Assembly: GCA_041159245.1 (NCBI GenBank)
Contig: JBEAZV010000078.1
Coordinates: 15,304 to 79,303, forward strand
Reading direction: 5' to 3'
Source of the DNA: Pseudomonadota bacterium
Lineage (GTDB): Bacteria; Pseudomonadota; Gammaproteobacteria; Burkholderiales; Burkholderiaceae_C
DNA length: 64,000 bases
Position 1 is the stretch's first letter; every line of letters starts with the position of its first letter. The position numbers were made by a program, and so were the translations under genes. Positions 47,585 through 57,974 of this stretch are shown here, one piece after another. The notes below the pieces were generated by a model. It made no database searches, had not been told where the DNA came from, and worked only from the letters and a program-made list of their open reading frames with translations.

Positions 47585-48900
47585 CGGGGCTGGCGCGTTG
47601 GCTCTACTCCGGGTTGCTGGCTGCGGTCCAGCCCCTGCTTCTGCGCAAGCTGCGACGACGCGGCCGCCAGGAACCCGGTTACCTGCTCGCCATCGGTGAG
47701 CGCTTCGGGCGCTACGAGACTCCCGCCACACCGGGTGCGCTCTGGATTCATGCGGTCTCCCTGGGTGAGACTCGTGCTGCCGCCATCCTGGTGCAAGCCC
47801 TGCGCGCGCGTGATCCTTCCTTGCGCCTTTTGCTCACGCACGGCACCGCCACCGGCCGCGACGAGGGTCAGAGGCTCTTGCAAGCCGGCGATCAGCAGGC
47901 CTGGTTGCCCTGGGACACTCCCGGCGCGGTAGCCCGTTTCCTTGACCACTTCCGTCCTTGCGCCGGCGTGCTGATGGAAACCGAGGTCTGGCCCAATCTT
48001 GCTGCCGCCTGCGAGACACGCGGGTTGCCCCTGGCCCTGGCCAACGCGCGGCTGTCCGACAAGTCCTATCGCCAGACGATGCGCCTGCGCATGTTGTCCC
48101 GTCCCGCCTATTCCTCGCTTGCTGCGGTGTGGGCGCAGACCGAGGACGATGCTCAGCGCCTCACCGCGGTTGGCGCACGCGTGACGGCCGTCGTCGGCAA
48201 CCTGAAGTTCGATGCCGACCCAGACGCTGGCCAGCGCGTCACGGGCGAGGCTTGGCGCGCGCGCTTGGGGGGGCCGGTCTTGATGTTCGCGAGCTCGCGC
48301 GAGGGCGAGGAGCTTGAATTTTTGCGCGAGGTTGCGGCGCACCGCGGCCGGGGCCTGCGCTGGCTGCTGGTGCCGCGCCATCCGCAGCGCTTTGAGGAGG
48401 TGGCTCGCCAGGCAACGCAGGCGGGCCTCACGGTCTCGCGGCGCAGCCAGTGGGGCAACGCGGGTCCCGATACAGACGCCCTCCAGGCTGACCTCTGGCT
48501 GGGGGACACCCTGGGCGAGATGACCCTGTACTACAGCCTTTCAGATGCCGCCCTGCTCGGGGGCAGCTTCGCGCCCCTGGGCGGCCAGAACCTTATCGAG
48601 GCGGCGGCCTGCGGCTGTCCGATTCTCATGGGGCCGCACACCTTCAATTTCGCGCGGGCCAGCGAGCATGCGGTGCAGGCGGGAGCGGCACTGCGCGTGG
48701 AGGGGATGTCCCAGGCGGTGGCGCAAGCCGTCTTGCTGGTATCCGAGGCGCCCCGACGTGCCGCCATGGTGCAGGCTGCAGCCCGCTTCGCGCAGGCGCA
48801 TCGCGGCGCGGCGGACCGGACGGCACAGGCGATCTTCGCCCTGATGGAGCGCACGCCGCAGGCGTCGCCCGCGGCGGTCAGCGCGCCAGCAGCGCGTTGA
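47581..48900 (+). CDS. waaA: 3-deoxy-D-manno-octulosonic acid transferase
   Basis: WIHAVSLGE, METEVWPN, NARLS, GNLKFD, LVPRHPQRF, GGQNLIEAA. Confidence 0.95.
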   Translation: MTGLARWLYSGLLAAVQPLLLRKLRRRGRQEPGYLLAIGERFGRYETPATPGALWIHAVSLGETRAAAILVQALRARDPSLRLLLTHGTATGRDEGQRLLQAGDQQAWLPWDTPGAVARFLDHFRPCAGVLMETEVWPNLAAACETRGLPLALANARLSDKSYRQTMRLRMLSRPAYSSLAAVWAQTEDDAQRLTAVGARVTAVVGNLKFDADPDAGQRVTGEAWRARLGGPVLMFASSREGEELEFLREVAAHRGRGLRWLLVPRHPQRFEEVARQATQAGLTVSRRSQWGNAGPDTDALQADLWLGDTLGEMTLYYSLSDAALLGGSFAPLGGQNLIEAAACGCPILMGPHTFNFARASEHAVQAGAALRVEGMSQAVAQAVLLVSEAPRRAAMVQAAARFAQAHRGAADRTAQAIFALMERTPQASPAAVSAPAAR

Positions 48901-50215
48901 TCTGGGTCACGTCTTCCGGCTTGAGCGAGCCATTGGCCTGGCGCAGCTTCAGCTGCCCCATCAACACGTTGTAGCGCGCCACCGCCAGATCGCGCTTGGT
49001 CTGGAACAACTGGCTCTGCGAGTTCAGCACGTCGATGTTGATACGCACGCCCACCTGGTAGCCCAGGCGGTTGGCGTCCAGCGCGCTCTGGCTGGAGGCC
49101 TCGGCCGCCTCCAGCGCGCGCACCTGGCCAGCACCCGACACTAGGCCGAAGTAGGCGGTACGCGTGGCCTGGGCCACCGTGCGGCGTGCGTTGTCCAGGT
49201 CGGCTTGAGCCTTTTCCTCCAGGGACAGCGTTTCGCGGATGCGGTTTTGCGTCGAGAAGCCGGCGAAGAGGGGAATGTTCAGGGTCACGCCCACTTGCGT
49301 GGCTGCGAAACGCGAATTGGCGTTGACCGTGGTCGACCCCCCGAGGTTGTGCGTCACGCCGCGGCTGGCGCTCAGATCCAGGGTGGGCAGGTGGCCGGCT
49401 TTGGCCTTGTCGGTTTCCAGACGCGCCACCTCCAGGCCCAGACGGGCCTGGGCAATGGTGGGACTGGCTTCTTCCGCTTGCTGCACCCACGTATTCACGT
49501 CCGCGGGTGCGGGCTCGGGCAGGGTCAGCGGCGAGGCCAGAGGTTGCGGCTTGGCGTTCGTACGGCCGGTCACGGTATCCAGTGCCAGCTTGCGCACACG
49601 CAGGTCGTTCTCGGCAGCGATTTCCTGCGCCTGTACCAGGTCAAAGCGTGCCTGCGCTTCTCGGGTGTCGGTGATGGTGGCCGTACCGACCTCGAAGTTG
49701 CGGCGGGCCGAGGCCAGCTGCTCGCCTACTGCGACCTTCTGGGCCTGCACAAAGGCCAGCGTGTCCTGCGCAGACAGCACGTCGAAATACGCTTGGCTCA
49801 CGCGGATGATCAGGTCCTGGCTGGCGGTGGTGAGCTGTGCCTGTGCGGCGTCCGCCTGGCGCTTGCCTTGCTCGAAGGCGGCGAGGTTGGCGGGTCGGTA
49901 GAGCGGCTGGGAGAGGGTCACAGACCCGTTTGCAGTGCCGAACTCACGCCGACTGGGGGTGGAGGCCGTGTTGCCTTGCATGGTCTCGCTGCGCGTGGCC
50001 GATACGCCCGCCGTCGGCAGCAGACCCGCACGGGCCTGCTCCGCGCGGTACTTCGCCGCGTCGTTTTGCGCGCGTGCCGATTGATAGGCCGCATCGTGGT
50101 CGCGCGCTGCCTGATAGAGCTCGAGCAGGCTCTGGGCCTGAGCGGGGGCGGCCGCGAAGGCTGCCGCCAGCGACAGGGGCAACAGGCGCAACGTGGGGCG
50201 CATCAACGATTTCAT
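48878..50215 (-). CDS. tolC: TolC family outer membrane protein
   Basis: Signal peptide, QARAGLLP, RVSQAYFDVL, NFEVGTATITD, GYQVGVRINIDVLNSQ; conserved pcm-rhodanese-tolC order. Confidence 0.92.
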   Translation of the reverse strand: MKSLMRPTLRLLPLSLAAAFAAAPAQAQSLLELYQAARDHDAAYQSARAQNDAAKYRAEQARAGLLPTAGVSATRSETMQGNTASTPSRREFGTANGSVTLSQPLYRPANLAAFEQGKRQADAAQAQLTTASQDLIIRVSQAYFDVLSAQDTLAFVQAQKVAVGEQLASARRNFEVGTATITDTREAQARFDLVQAQEIAAENDLRVRKLALDTVTGRTNAKPQPLASPLTLPEPAPADVNTWVQQAEEASPTIAQARLGLEVARLETDKAKAGHLPTLDLSASRGVTHNLGGSTTVNANSRFAATQVGVTLNIPLFAGFSTQNRIRETLSLEEKAQADLDNARRTVAQATRTAYFGLVSGAGQVRALEAAEASSQSALDANRLGYQVGVRINIDVLNSQSQLFQTKRDLAVARYNVLMGQLKLRQANGSLKPEDVTQINALLAR

Positions 50216-50259
50216 GGTCCGTCCTTCTACTTCTAAGCCTGATTCGGGGGGGGCTGGAT

Positions 50260-50598
50260 TTAGTACTGCGCGACGCTGGCGTCACGCTCGATCGACCAGG
50301 CGTCAATCCCGCCCGCGATATTGACGACGTGCTCGAAACCCTGGCGGGCCAGAAACATCGCCACCTGCTGGCTGCGCACGCCATGGTGGCACAAGCAGGC
50401 CAGGGGGCGCTCGGGGTCAAGTTCTGCCAGGCGCTCGGGAATCTCGTACATCGGGATGTGCACCAGCTCGAACGACTCCGGCTGCACCCGGGCAATCGCC
50501 AGCTCCATCGGCTCGCGCACGTCCAGCACCATCGGCTGTTGGTCCGCGTGTTGCTGCAGCCAGTCGGTCAGCTGCGAGGGACGGATCTGGTCGATCAT
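50260..50598 (-). CDS. Rhodanese-like domain protein
   Basis: VLDVREP, CLCHHGVRS, NIAGGIDAW. Confidence 0.93.
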   Translation of the reverse strand: MIDQIRPSQLTDWLQQHADQQPMVLDVREPMELAIARVQPESFELVHIPMYEIPERLAELDPERPLACLCHHGVRSQQVAMFLARQGFEHVVNIAGGIDAWSIERDASVAQY

Positions 50599-50618
50599 GG
50601 GGTTGCCGTACGCGGGTC

Positions 50619-51308
50619 TCAGAAGGCGAAGCGCGAGGGTTCAGGAAAATTTTGCAGCCGCGGCGCCAGGGTGTCCCAGCGCTGCACGGTGGTCCAGGCG
50701 GCATCACCGGTACGGGTCACCAGCGTGGCTCGCATCACCGGGTCAGCGCCGACGATGGCGGCCAGGCGTCCGCCCACCTTCAGCTGCGACAGCAGGGCCT
50801 GGGGAATCTCGGCCACCGAGCCACTGAGCACGATCACATCGAAGGGGCCTTCGCGGGGCAGGCCTTTCGAACCGTCGCCCTCGCACACCTGTGCGTTGGT
50901 CACGCCGGCGCGGGACAGGTTTTTGCGGGCCATGCCGGCCAGGGCGGGGTCGATCTCCATCGTGATCACCGAGGCCGCGCGGGCCGCCAGCAGGGCGGCC
51001 ATGTAGCCGCTGCCGGCGCCGACTTCCAGCACCTTCTCATGGGGCTGGGGGCTGACCTCCTGCAGCATGCGCGCCTCCACCTTGGGCGCCAGCATGCAGC
51101 GGCCGCTGGTCAGGGCCTCGTGGGCGCTGCCCACCAGCGGGATCTCCATGTCCACGAAGGCCAGGGCCTTGTGCGCCTCGGGTACGAAATCCTCTCGGTG
51201 CAGGACCGAGAGCAGCTCCAGCACCTGGGGATCGAGCACGTCCCAGGGGCGGATCTGCTGTTCGATCATATTGAAGCGGGCTTGTTCGATGGAGGCGGGC
51301 AGATTCAT
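50619..51308 (-). CDS. pcm: Protein-L-isoaspartate O-methyltransferase family protein
   Basis: ARFNMIEQQIRPWDV, VLEVGAGSGY, GPFDVIVLSG, QLKVGGRL. Confidence 0.9.
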   Translation of the reverse strand: MNLPASIEQARFNMIEQQIRPWDVLDPQVLELLSVLHREDFVPEAHKALAFVDMEIPLVGSAHEALTSGRCMLAPKVEARMLQEVSPQPHEKVLEVGAGSGYMAALLAARAASVITMEIDPALAGMARKNLSRAGVTNAQVCEGDGSKGLPREGPFDVIVLSGSVAEIPQALLSQLKVGGRLAAIVGADPVMRATLVTRTGDAAWTTVQRWDTLAPRLQNFPEPSRFAF

Positions 51309-51362
51309 GGCTTGAGTCAAAGGATCACGAAAACACGTCGGCTACGGGGCAAACCGCCCATT

Positions 51363-54300
51363 TTAGGCAGCGCGGCCGCCCCCCATCTTGCGGCGCGCCC
51401 AGGCGGCCAGATCGTCAAGATAGCAATAGACCACCGGCACGACGACCAGTGTTAAGAGCGAGGAGGTGATCACCCCCCCGATCACGGCCTGGCCCATGGG
51501 GGCCCGCTGCTCCGATCCTTCGGTCAGGGCGAAGGCCAGCGGCACCATGCCGAAGATCATCGCCAGGGTGGTCATGAGAATGGGGCGCAGGCGCACCTGG
51601 GCCGCCAGCAGCAGGGCCTCGGCGCGGGCAAGCCCTGGGATCCGCTCGCCTTTTTCATCGGTGCGGTCTTCTCGGGCCCGAATGGCGAAGTCCACCAGCA
51701 GGATGGCGTTCTTGGTCACCAGCCCCATCAGCATCACGACTCCGATCACCGAGAACATCGACAGCGTGGACCGGAACGCCAAGAGTGCCAGCACCACCCC
51801 GATCAGGGTCAGGGGCAGCGAGGTCATGAGGGCCAGCGGCTGCAGGAAGCTCTTGAACTGGCTGGCCAGAATCATGTAGATGAAGATCACCGCCAGGGCC
51901 AGCGCCGACATCGCGTAAGCGAAGGACTCGCCCATGTTCTTGACCGACCCGCCAAACTGCCAGCGGTAGCCCGGGGGCAGTGCAATGCCATCCAGGGCCT
52001 TGCGCACGTCGGCGGAGACTTCACCCGCCGAGCGGCCATAGACGTTGGCGTTGATTGCGACCTCGCGGGCCAGGTCGCGCCGGTTGATCTGGTTCGGGCC
52101 AGTGGACTCGCGCACCTGGGCCACCTGTGTCAAGCGCACGGTGCGGGGCGTGCCGTCGGCCTGCGAGCCGGTGGCGAACGACAGGCGCTCAAGCTGCTGC
52201 GACACGTTGCGCGCCTCCGGCGCCAGCCTCACGTTCACGTCATAGGTCTGGCCGTCGCCTGCACGCCAGTTCCCCACGGTCTGGCCGGCTACCAAGGTAC
52301 GCAGGGGCGCAGCGATCTGCGCGACTGACAGGCCCAGGTCGCTGGCGGCTTCTCTCTTGACCTCAATATCCACCACCGGCTTGTTCGGCTTCACGCTCGA
52401 ATCGAGGTCGACCAGCCCGGGAATGGGCCGCAGGCGTTCTAGCATCAGCTGCGACAGCCGCTCCAACTCCTGCAGGTCTGGGCCGATCAGCGACAGCTCC
52501 ACTTGTTTATTGCCGCCCACGCTATCGAGCAAGCCAGCATGCGTCACCGTGATGCCGGGCACCTGCTTGAGACGTTCGCGCAGGATCGCCGCCATCTGGT
52601 CCACGCTGCGACTGCGATCCTTGCGGTCCACCAGGCGCACATACAGGCTCGCGTAGATTTTGCCTGCGGCGTTGCCGGTGTTGATGGTGGTGAGCGTGTA
52701 CCGAGTCTCGGGAAACTCGCGCACGATAGCCTCGACCTGACGCGCCTTGGCTTCGGTCAGCTCCAGCGAGGAGCCCACTGGCGTGTTGAAGCTCACCGTC
52801 ACCTCGGAGAAGTCGGCCTTGGGCACGAATTCGGTCCCGAGCAACGGCACCATCGCCACGCTGGTCACGAAGATGGCGATCGCTGCGACCACGGTGGCCA
52901 GGCGGTGCGCCAGCGACCAGCGAAGCAGCCGTTGGTAGCCCTCGGAGAGGCTCTCGGTGGCCCGGTCAAACCAGGCGGTCACGCGCCCGATCGTGCGGTC
53001 ATACCAGGAGACGGGCGCGCCGGCCGGGCGCCCTGCGCCATGCGCCTGGGGGTCATGCCAGACCGAGGACAGCATCGGGTCCAGGGTGAAGCTCACGAAC
53101 ATGGAAATCATCACCGCCGCCACGATGGTCAAGCCGAACTCGTGGAAGAACTTGCCGATGATCCCGCCCATGAACCCGATCGGCAGGAACACCGCCACGA
53201 TGGACAAGGTGGTGGCCAGCACCGCCAGTCCGATCTCCTGCGTGCCGTCCATCGCCGCCTGGAAGGGGCCCTTGCCCATGTGCAGGTGCCGCACGATGTT
53301 TTCTCGCACCACGATTGCATCGTCGATCAGCAAGCCCACGCAGAGGGACAGTGCCATCAGGGTCACCATGTTGATGGTGAACCCGAGCAGGTGCATGAAG
53401 AGGAAGGTGCCAATCAAGGCGATCGGCAGGGTCAGTCCGGTGATCACCGTGGACCGCCAAGAGTTGAGGAACAGGAACACGATCAACACGGTGAGCACTG
53501 CGCCCTCGATCAGGGTGCTGCGCACGTTGGCCACCGACACGCGGATCGGCCGTGACGCGTCCAGAATCGGTTCTAGACGGACGCCGGGAGGCAGCTGTGC
53601 GTTCATCTGGCGCAGTGTGGCGTTGAGGCCGTCGATCACCTGGATCGTGTTCTCGTCCTGCGACTTCTGCACTGTGAGCAGCAGCGTGCGCTGGCCGTTG
53701 TAGAGCGCCAGGCTGTCCAATTCCTGCGCGCCATCGGCGACGCGCGCCACCTGCTCCAGGCGCACCGGTACCCCGTTCTTGCGCGCCACGATCAGGCGGC
53801 CGAAGTCCTCGGGTCGTTCCAGCCGTGCGTCGATCTGCACCACCAGCTCGCGGTCCGCCGATCGGACGGTGCCTATGGGCTGCTCCTGGTTCTCGCCGCG
53901 GACTGCGGTCACCACTTGCTCCGGGGTCACCCCCAGGGCTTCCAGGGCGGCAGGCTGCAGGTACAGGTTGACCTCACGGCGCGTGCCCCCTACGAGCGTG
54001 ACCGATCCCACGCCGCGCACATTTTCCAGTCGCTTCTTCAGAGTCTGGTCGGCCCAGTTGGTCAGTTCCACCGGCGACATCGCCGTGCCGCGGGAGGGGT
54101 CGGGCAGCACCGCCACGGACCACACCGAACGGCTGGCGGGGTCGAAGCGCAGCACCCGCGGCTCCTTGACCTCGGTGCGCAAGAGGGGCCGCACCGCTGC
54201 GATCCGCTCGCGCACGTCGTCCGCTGCCGAGCGGCCGTTCACATGCAACGCGAATTCGACGATCACCACCGACTGGCCTTCGTAGCTGCGCGAGAAGATC

Positions 54301-54536
54301 GCATTGATGCCGGCGATGGCGTTGACGCCCTCCTCGATCTTGCGCGTCACCTCCACCTCCACCACCTCGGGGGAGGCGCCGGGGTATTCGGTGGTGACCA
54401 CCACCACCGGAAAGTCGATATTGGGAAACTGGTCGACTTGCAGGCGCTGCAGGGAGAACATCCCCAGCACCACCAGGGCCAGCATGACCATGGTGGCCAG
54501 GACGGGATTGCGCAGGCTGACGCGAGTGAACCACAT
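51363..54536 (-). CDS. RND efflux permease (AcrB/AcrD/AcrF family)
   Basis: DQFPNIDFP, GLLIDDAIVVREN, SFTLDPML, GLVTKNAILLVD, RLRPILMTT. Confidence 0.95.
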   Translation of the reverse strand: MWFTRVSLRNPVLATMVMLALVVLGMFSLQRLQVDQFPNIDFPVVVVTTEYPGASPEVVEVEVTRKIEEGVNAIAGINAIFSRSYEGQSVVIVEFALHVNGRSAADDVRERIAAVRPLLRTEVKEPRVLRFDPASRSVWSVAVLPDPSRGTAMSPVELTNWADQTLKKRLENVRGVGSVTLVGGTRREVNLYLQPAALEALGVTPEQVVTAVRGENQEQPIGTVRSADRELVVQIDARLERPEDFGRLIVARKNGVPVRLEQVARVADGAQELDSLALYNGQRTLLLTVQKSQDENTIQVIDGLNATLRQMNAQLPPGVRLEPILDASRPIRVSVANVRSTLIEGAVLTVLIVFLFLNSWRSTVITGLTLPIALIGTFLFMHLLGFTINMVTLMALSLCVGLLIDDAIVVRENIVRHLHMGKGPFQAAMDGTQEIGLAVLATTLSIVAVFLPIGFMGGIIGKFFHEFGLTIVAAVMISMFVSFTLDPMLSSVWHDPQAHGAGRPAGAPVSWYDRTIGRVTAWFDRATESLSEGYQRLLRWSLAHRLATVVAAIAIFVTSVAMVPLLGTEFVPKADFSEVTVSFNTPVGSSLELTEAKARQVEAIVREFPETRYTLTTINTGNAAGKIYASLYVRLVDRKDRSRSVDQMAAILRERLKQVPGITVTHAGLLDSVGGNKQVELSLIGPDLQELERLSQLMLERLRPIPGLVDLDSSVKPNKPVVDIEVKREAASDLGLSVAQIAAPLRTLVAGQTVGNWRAGDGQTYDVNVRLAPEARNVSQQLERLSFATGSQADGTPRTVRLTQVAQVRESTGPNQINRRDLAREVAINANVYGRSAGEVSADVRKALDGIALPPGYRWQFGGSVKNMGESFAYAMSALALAVIFIYMILASQFKSFLQPLALMTSLPLTLIGVVLALLAFRSTLSMFSVIGVVMLMGLVTKNAILLVDFAIRAREDRTDEKGERIPGLARAEALLLAAQVRLRPILMTTLAMIFGMVPLAFALTEGSEQRAPMGQAVIGGVITSSLLTLVVVPVVYCYLDDLAAWARRKMGGGRAA

Positions 54537-54549
54537 GCTGGCGCGAGCC

Positions 54550-55695
54550 TCAGGGCGCGGTGCGAGCCGGGGCGGTCGAGGCCGGCGGGGTGGTGAACTT
54601 CACCGCAGTCCCCTCGCGCAACGCACCCACATGGCCCAGGATCACGACCGCACCATCATCCAGTCCGGTCACGGCGACCAGCACCTTGCCATCACGTTCT
54701 GCGCGCGCGCCGGGCTGCACCGGCTTGTGGCGCACGCGGTCGCCGTCGACCACCTGCACATAGGGTGCGGGCCGGTCTGTGCGTACCGCCTGCAGCGGCA
54801 CCGCCAGCGAGTGTGTGCGCCCGGTGACCAGCACGCCTTGCGCGAACAGCCCTTGGCGCAGGCCCGGGACCGCCGGGACCTGCAGGTACACCGTGACGCC
54901 ACGGCTGCCTGCCTGGGCGCTCGGATTGATCCGAGTCACGGTGGCTGCCACGGGCTGCGTCGCGCCTTCCACCGACAGCCGGGCCGTCTGCCCGGGGCGC
55001 ACCTGCACCGAGTCGGCTGCGGTCAGTGTGGCCTCCAGCTCCAGCCGTCCCGTGTCGACGATCTCGACCACGCGTGCGTCCACGCTCAGGCGCTCACCGG
55101 GCTGCGCGAGGCGTTGCGACACGACCCCCGCGATCGGCGTGCGCAGCGCGGTGTCGTCCAGCGTCTTGCCCGCCACGTCCACCGCGGCCAGTGCCGCCTT
55201 GTGGTTGGCCTCGGCGGCCGCCAGGCTGCTTTGCGAGCTTTCCAGCGCGGTGCGCGAGATGAAGCCCTTGTCCACCAGGGCCTGATTGTTCTCGTACTGC
55301 CGGCGGGCGATGTCCACCTGCGCCCGAGCGGCGTCGGCTTGCTCGCGCGCCTGCAGCAGCCGTGCGCGGTACTCGGTGGGGTCGATCGTGGCGATCACCT
55401 GTCCAGCCCGCACTGCATCGCCCTCACGCACGGAGAGCCCTTGCAACTCGCCAGCCACGCGCGCCTTCACCAGGGCCGAATTGACCGCCCGCAGCGTGCC
55501 GGTAATGGACAGGCCCTGCTCCAGGTCGGTGGCTTGCGCGCGCACGACATCCGTGGCGGCCAGTTCAACCATCGCCTCGGTGGGGGCGGAGGCGGCCGGA
55601 GCGGCGGTTCGCGGCGCGCCGCCACGCAGGGCCAGGCCCACGCCCACGGCCGCCACCAGCGCCACCGCGATGGTGATCAAAATGCGCTTGTTCAT
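54550..55695 (-). CDS. RND periplasmic adaptor (MFP)
   Basis: N-terminal TM, VKARVAGEL, VREGDAVRAGQVIA, RTPIAGVV; ATGA overlap with tetR. Confidence 0.92.
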   Translation of the reverse strand: MNKRILITIAVALVAAVGVGLALRGGAPRTAAPAASAPTEAMVELAATDVVRAQATDLEQGLSITGTLRAVNSALVKARVAGELQGLSVREGDAVRAGQVIATIDPTEYRARLLQAREQADAARAQVDIARRQYENNQALVDKGFISRTALESSQSSLAAAEANHKAALAAVDVAGKTLDDTALRTPIAGVVSQRLAQPGERLSVDARVVEIVDTGRLELEATLTAADSVQVRPGQTARLSVEGATQPVAATVTRINPSAQAGSRGVTVYLQVPAVPGLRQGLFAQGVLVTGRTHSLAVPLQAVRTDRPAPYVQVVDGDRVRHKPVQPGARAERDGKVLVAVTGLDDGAVVILGHVGALREGTAVKFTTPPASTAPARTAP

Positions 55696-56360
55696 GCCCG
55701 TCTCCTGGGGGCTGGCCCGCGCACGCACAGGCCCTCCAGCAGGATGCTGGTTTGCATCGTGATGAAGCGACGGGGATCCAGTGCCTGGTGGACCGGCACG
55801 CAGGTGCCAAGGGAGTGCTTGTTCATCATCAGAAAGATCATCGGGGCGATGACGCTGTAGATGGCGTAGTCCATGTCATCCACGTGGAACTCGCTGCGGT
55901 CTACGCCCCGCTGCAGGATGCGTCGGATCAGCGCCTTGCCCGGTTCCATCACCTCGGTCTGGTAGTAGGTGGCCAGCTCGGGGAAGTTCTGCGACTCGCT
56001 GATCATCAGCTTGGTGATGCCCGAGGCCGGGCTGGCCCCGATCCGCTCCCACCACGCGGTCAGGCAGGCGCGCAGCATGTCGGCGCTGCTGCCCTCGAAG
56101 CGCTCGAATTCCTCGTTCCACTCCACGAAGCGACCGGCCAGGTTCTCGTGGACCACCGCCTTGAGCAGTTCTTCCTTGCTTTCGAAGTAAAGGAACAGCG
56201 TGCCTTTGGAAACGCCCGCCCGCGCTGCCACTTCCTCGACGCGGGTCGCGGCAAAGCCCTTTTCCACGAACAGGGCGAGCGCGGCATCCAGCAGTTCGCC
56301 CGGACGGGCCTGCTTGCGGCGCTCGCGCTTGACGTGGCTGTCTTCGGCCTTGGCTTCCAT
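55692..56360 (-). CDS. TetR/AcrR family regulator
   Basis: LLDAALALFVEKGFAATRVEEVAARAGVSKGTLFLYFESKEEL HTH. Confidence 0.95.
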   Translation of the reverse strand: MEAKAEDSHVKRERRKQARPGELLDAALALFVEKGFAATRVEEVAARAGVSKGTLFLYFESKEELLKAVVHENLAGRFVEWNEEFERFEGSSADMLRACLTAWWERIGASPASGITKLMISESQNFPELATYYQTEVMEPGKALIRRILQRGVDRSEFHVDDMDYAIYSVIAPMIFLMMNKHSLGTCVPVHQALDPRRFITMQTSILLEGLCVRGPAPRRRA

Positions 56361-56376
56361 GGGAGAGGATGAATTA

Positions 56377-56396
56377 ATGACTGACTGGTTAGTAAT
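56377..56396. promoter_or_regulatory. Probable TetR operator (imperfect palindrome)
   Basis: ATGACTGACTGGTTAGTAAT, 14/20 self-complementary, AT-rich, 16 nt upstream of the tetR start and overlapping a -10-like TACATT on the minus strand. Confidence 0.65.
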
Positions 56397-56468
56397 GTAT
56401 CGCTCCGGCACTGCGCGGTCAAGAAATGCAAGCGAACCGACCGCTGGCCGGTCCCTTGCGCGCAAGTC

Positions 56469-57248
56469 TCAGCGGCCAGCGAGGTGGGCGGCGCGCAGCG
56501 CGAGCCATTCGCGCAGCACGTGGCGCGAGAGGGTCAGTCCCTCGCTCGAGGGCAGCCACTCCAGCGCCGGGCGTGCCGCCGGCAGGGGCAGCCGGGTGGG
56601 GGCCGGCAGCACCGTGAAGCCCGCGCGTTCGAACTCCAGCGCGGCGCGGGGCAGATGCCAGGCGTCGGAGACCAGGGCGATGCGCCGCATACCTTGCGGC
56701 AACATCAGGGCTGCCAGTTTCTGCGCGTTCTCGCGGGTTTCGCGTGACTGGTCGTCCAGCCAGCGCGGCTCGAAGCCGAAGTCCTCGCGTGCGGACTGGG
56801 CCACCGCCTGGGCCTCGCTGGCATCGCCGCGCCCGCCCCAGCCCAGACCTCCGGCAAAAGCCAAGGGCAGCCGCTGGGCCCGCGCCAACCGGATGCCGTA
56901 GCGAAGCCGCGCCAGCGTGGCGCTCGCAGGTTGCGCCGCGCCGTATTCGGGCGCCTCGGCCAGCACCCCGCCCCCCAGCACCACGACCGCCTGTGTGCCT
57001 GCGTCGGGCAGGGCACGGTCTGCCAGCGGCTGCGGCAGGGGCAGCAGGGCGCCTGCCAGCCAGATCGCGATCGCGTGGCAGGACAGCGCCCACAGCGCCG
57101 CCACGCCGGCGAAAGCCACGGGCAGGACCGCTTGCCGGCGCTTGGGCCAGAGGGCCAGGGCGATCAATGCCACGAGCACCAGCAGCAGCGGGCCCGCCGG
57201 CGGCAGTACCAGCGGCGCGACCAAGGCCTTGATGTCCCCCCATTGCAT
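56469..57248 (-). CDS. YdcF/ElyC/SanA (DUF218) family protein
   Basis: N-terminal TM, VVVLGGG, RLRYG, SRETRENA, LVSDAWHLPRA, REWLA. Confidence 0.9.
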   Translation of the reverse strand: MQWGDIKALVAPLVLPPAGPLLLVLVALIALALWPKRRQAVLPVAFAGVAALWALSCHAIAIWLAGALLPLPQPLADRALPDAGTQAVVVLGGGVLAEAPEYGAAQPASATLARLRYGIRLARAQRLPLAFAGGLGWGGRGDASEAQAVAQSAREDFGFEPRWLDDQSRETRENAQKLAALMLPQGMRRIALVSDAWHLPRAALEFERAGFTVLPAPTRLPLPAARPALEWLPSSEGLTLSRHVLREWLALRAAHLAGR

Positions 57249-57322
57249 AGGACTGCGATGGTAGCGGTCCGCCGCCCGCGAGGGCCGCGGCTACAGTGTC
57301 CTTCTTGCAAGGAGAACAAACG

Positions 57323-57865
57323 ATGAGTGAAGTGCAGACCCTGGTCCTGGGCGGCGGATGTTTCTGGTGCACGGAAGCGGTCTATGTACAGGTGCGCGGT
57401 GTGACGGACGTGGAGTCCGGTTACGCCAATGGCCACACCGGACAGCCCACCTACCAGCACGTGTGCACCGGCACCACCGGCTACAACGAAGTGGTGCGCC
57501 TGACCTACGACCCTGCCGTCGTCACCACGCGCCAGTTGCTGGAAATCTTTTTCGTGGTTCACGACCCTACCCAGCTCAACGCCCAAGGCCATGACGTCGG
57601 TACCCAGTACCGCAGCGGCATTTACTACACCACCCCCGAGCAAAAGCAGGTGGCCGACGACCTCCTGCGCGAAATGAGCCAGGACAAGGTGTACGGCGGC
57701 GCCCCCATCGTCACCGAGGTCCGGCCACTTGGGCCCTACTGGCCCGCCGAGGCCTACCACCAGGACTTCTTCGAGCGCAATCCCACCCAGGGCTATTGCC
57801 TTGCCGTGGCCGCCCCCAAGGTGGCCAAGTTCCGCAAGACCTTCGCGGCCCTGGTTCGGGCCTGA
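57323..57865 (+). CDS. msrA: Peptide-methionine (S)-S-oxide reductase
   Basis: GGGCFWCTE, HDPTQLNAQGHDVGTQYRSGIY, AEAYHQDF, GYC; AAGGAG RBS. Confidence 0.96.
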   Translation: MSEVQTLVLGGGCFWCTEAVYVQVRGVTDVESGYANGHTGQPTYQHVCTGTTGYNEVVRLTYDPAVVTTRQLLEIFFVVHDPTQLNAQGHDVGTQYRSGIYYTTPEQKQVADDLLREMSQDKVYGGAPIVTEVRPLGPYWPAEAYHQDFFERNPTQGYCLAVAAPKVAKFRKTFAALVRA

Positions 57866-57974
57866 CCCCCGCGGCCCACCACCCCCGGCTACTGCCTGAA
57901 ACCGAGCATTTGTGCCTCGCCTTGGGCGACACAGCCGCCTATAACCCGGGCACTACACAAGACGGGAGGGTGCT

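Noticed and set aside
48878-48900. waaA/tolC convergent 23-nt overlap
   Set aside because: Short tail-to-tail overlap between conserved core genes; common and not informative.
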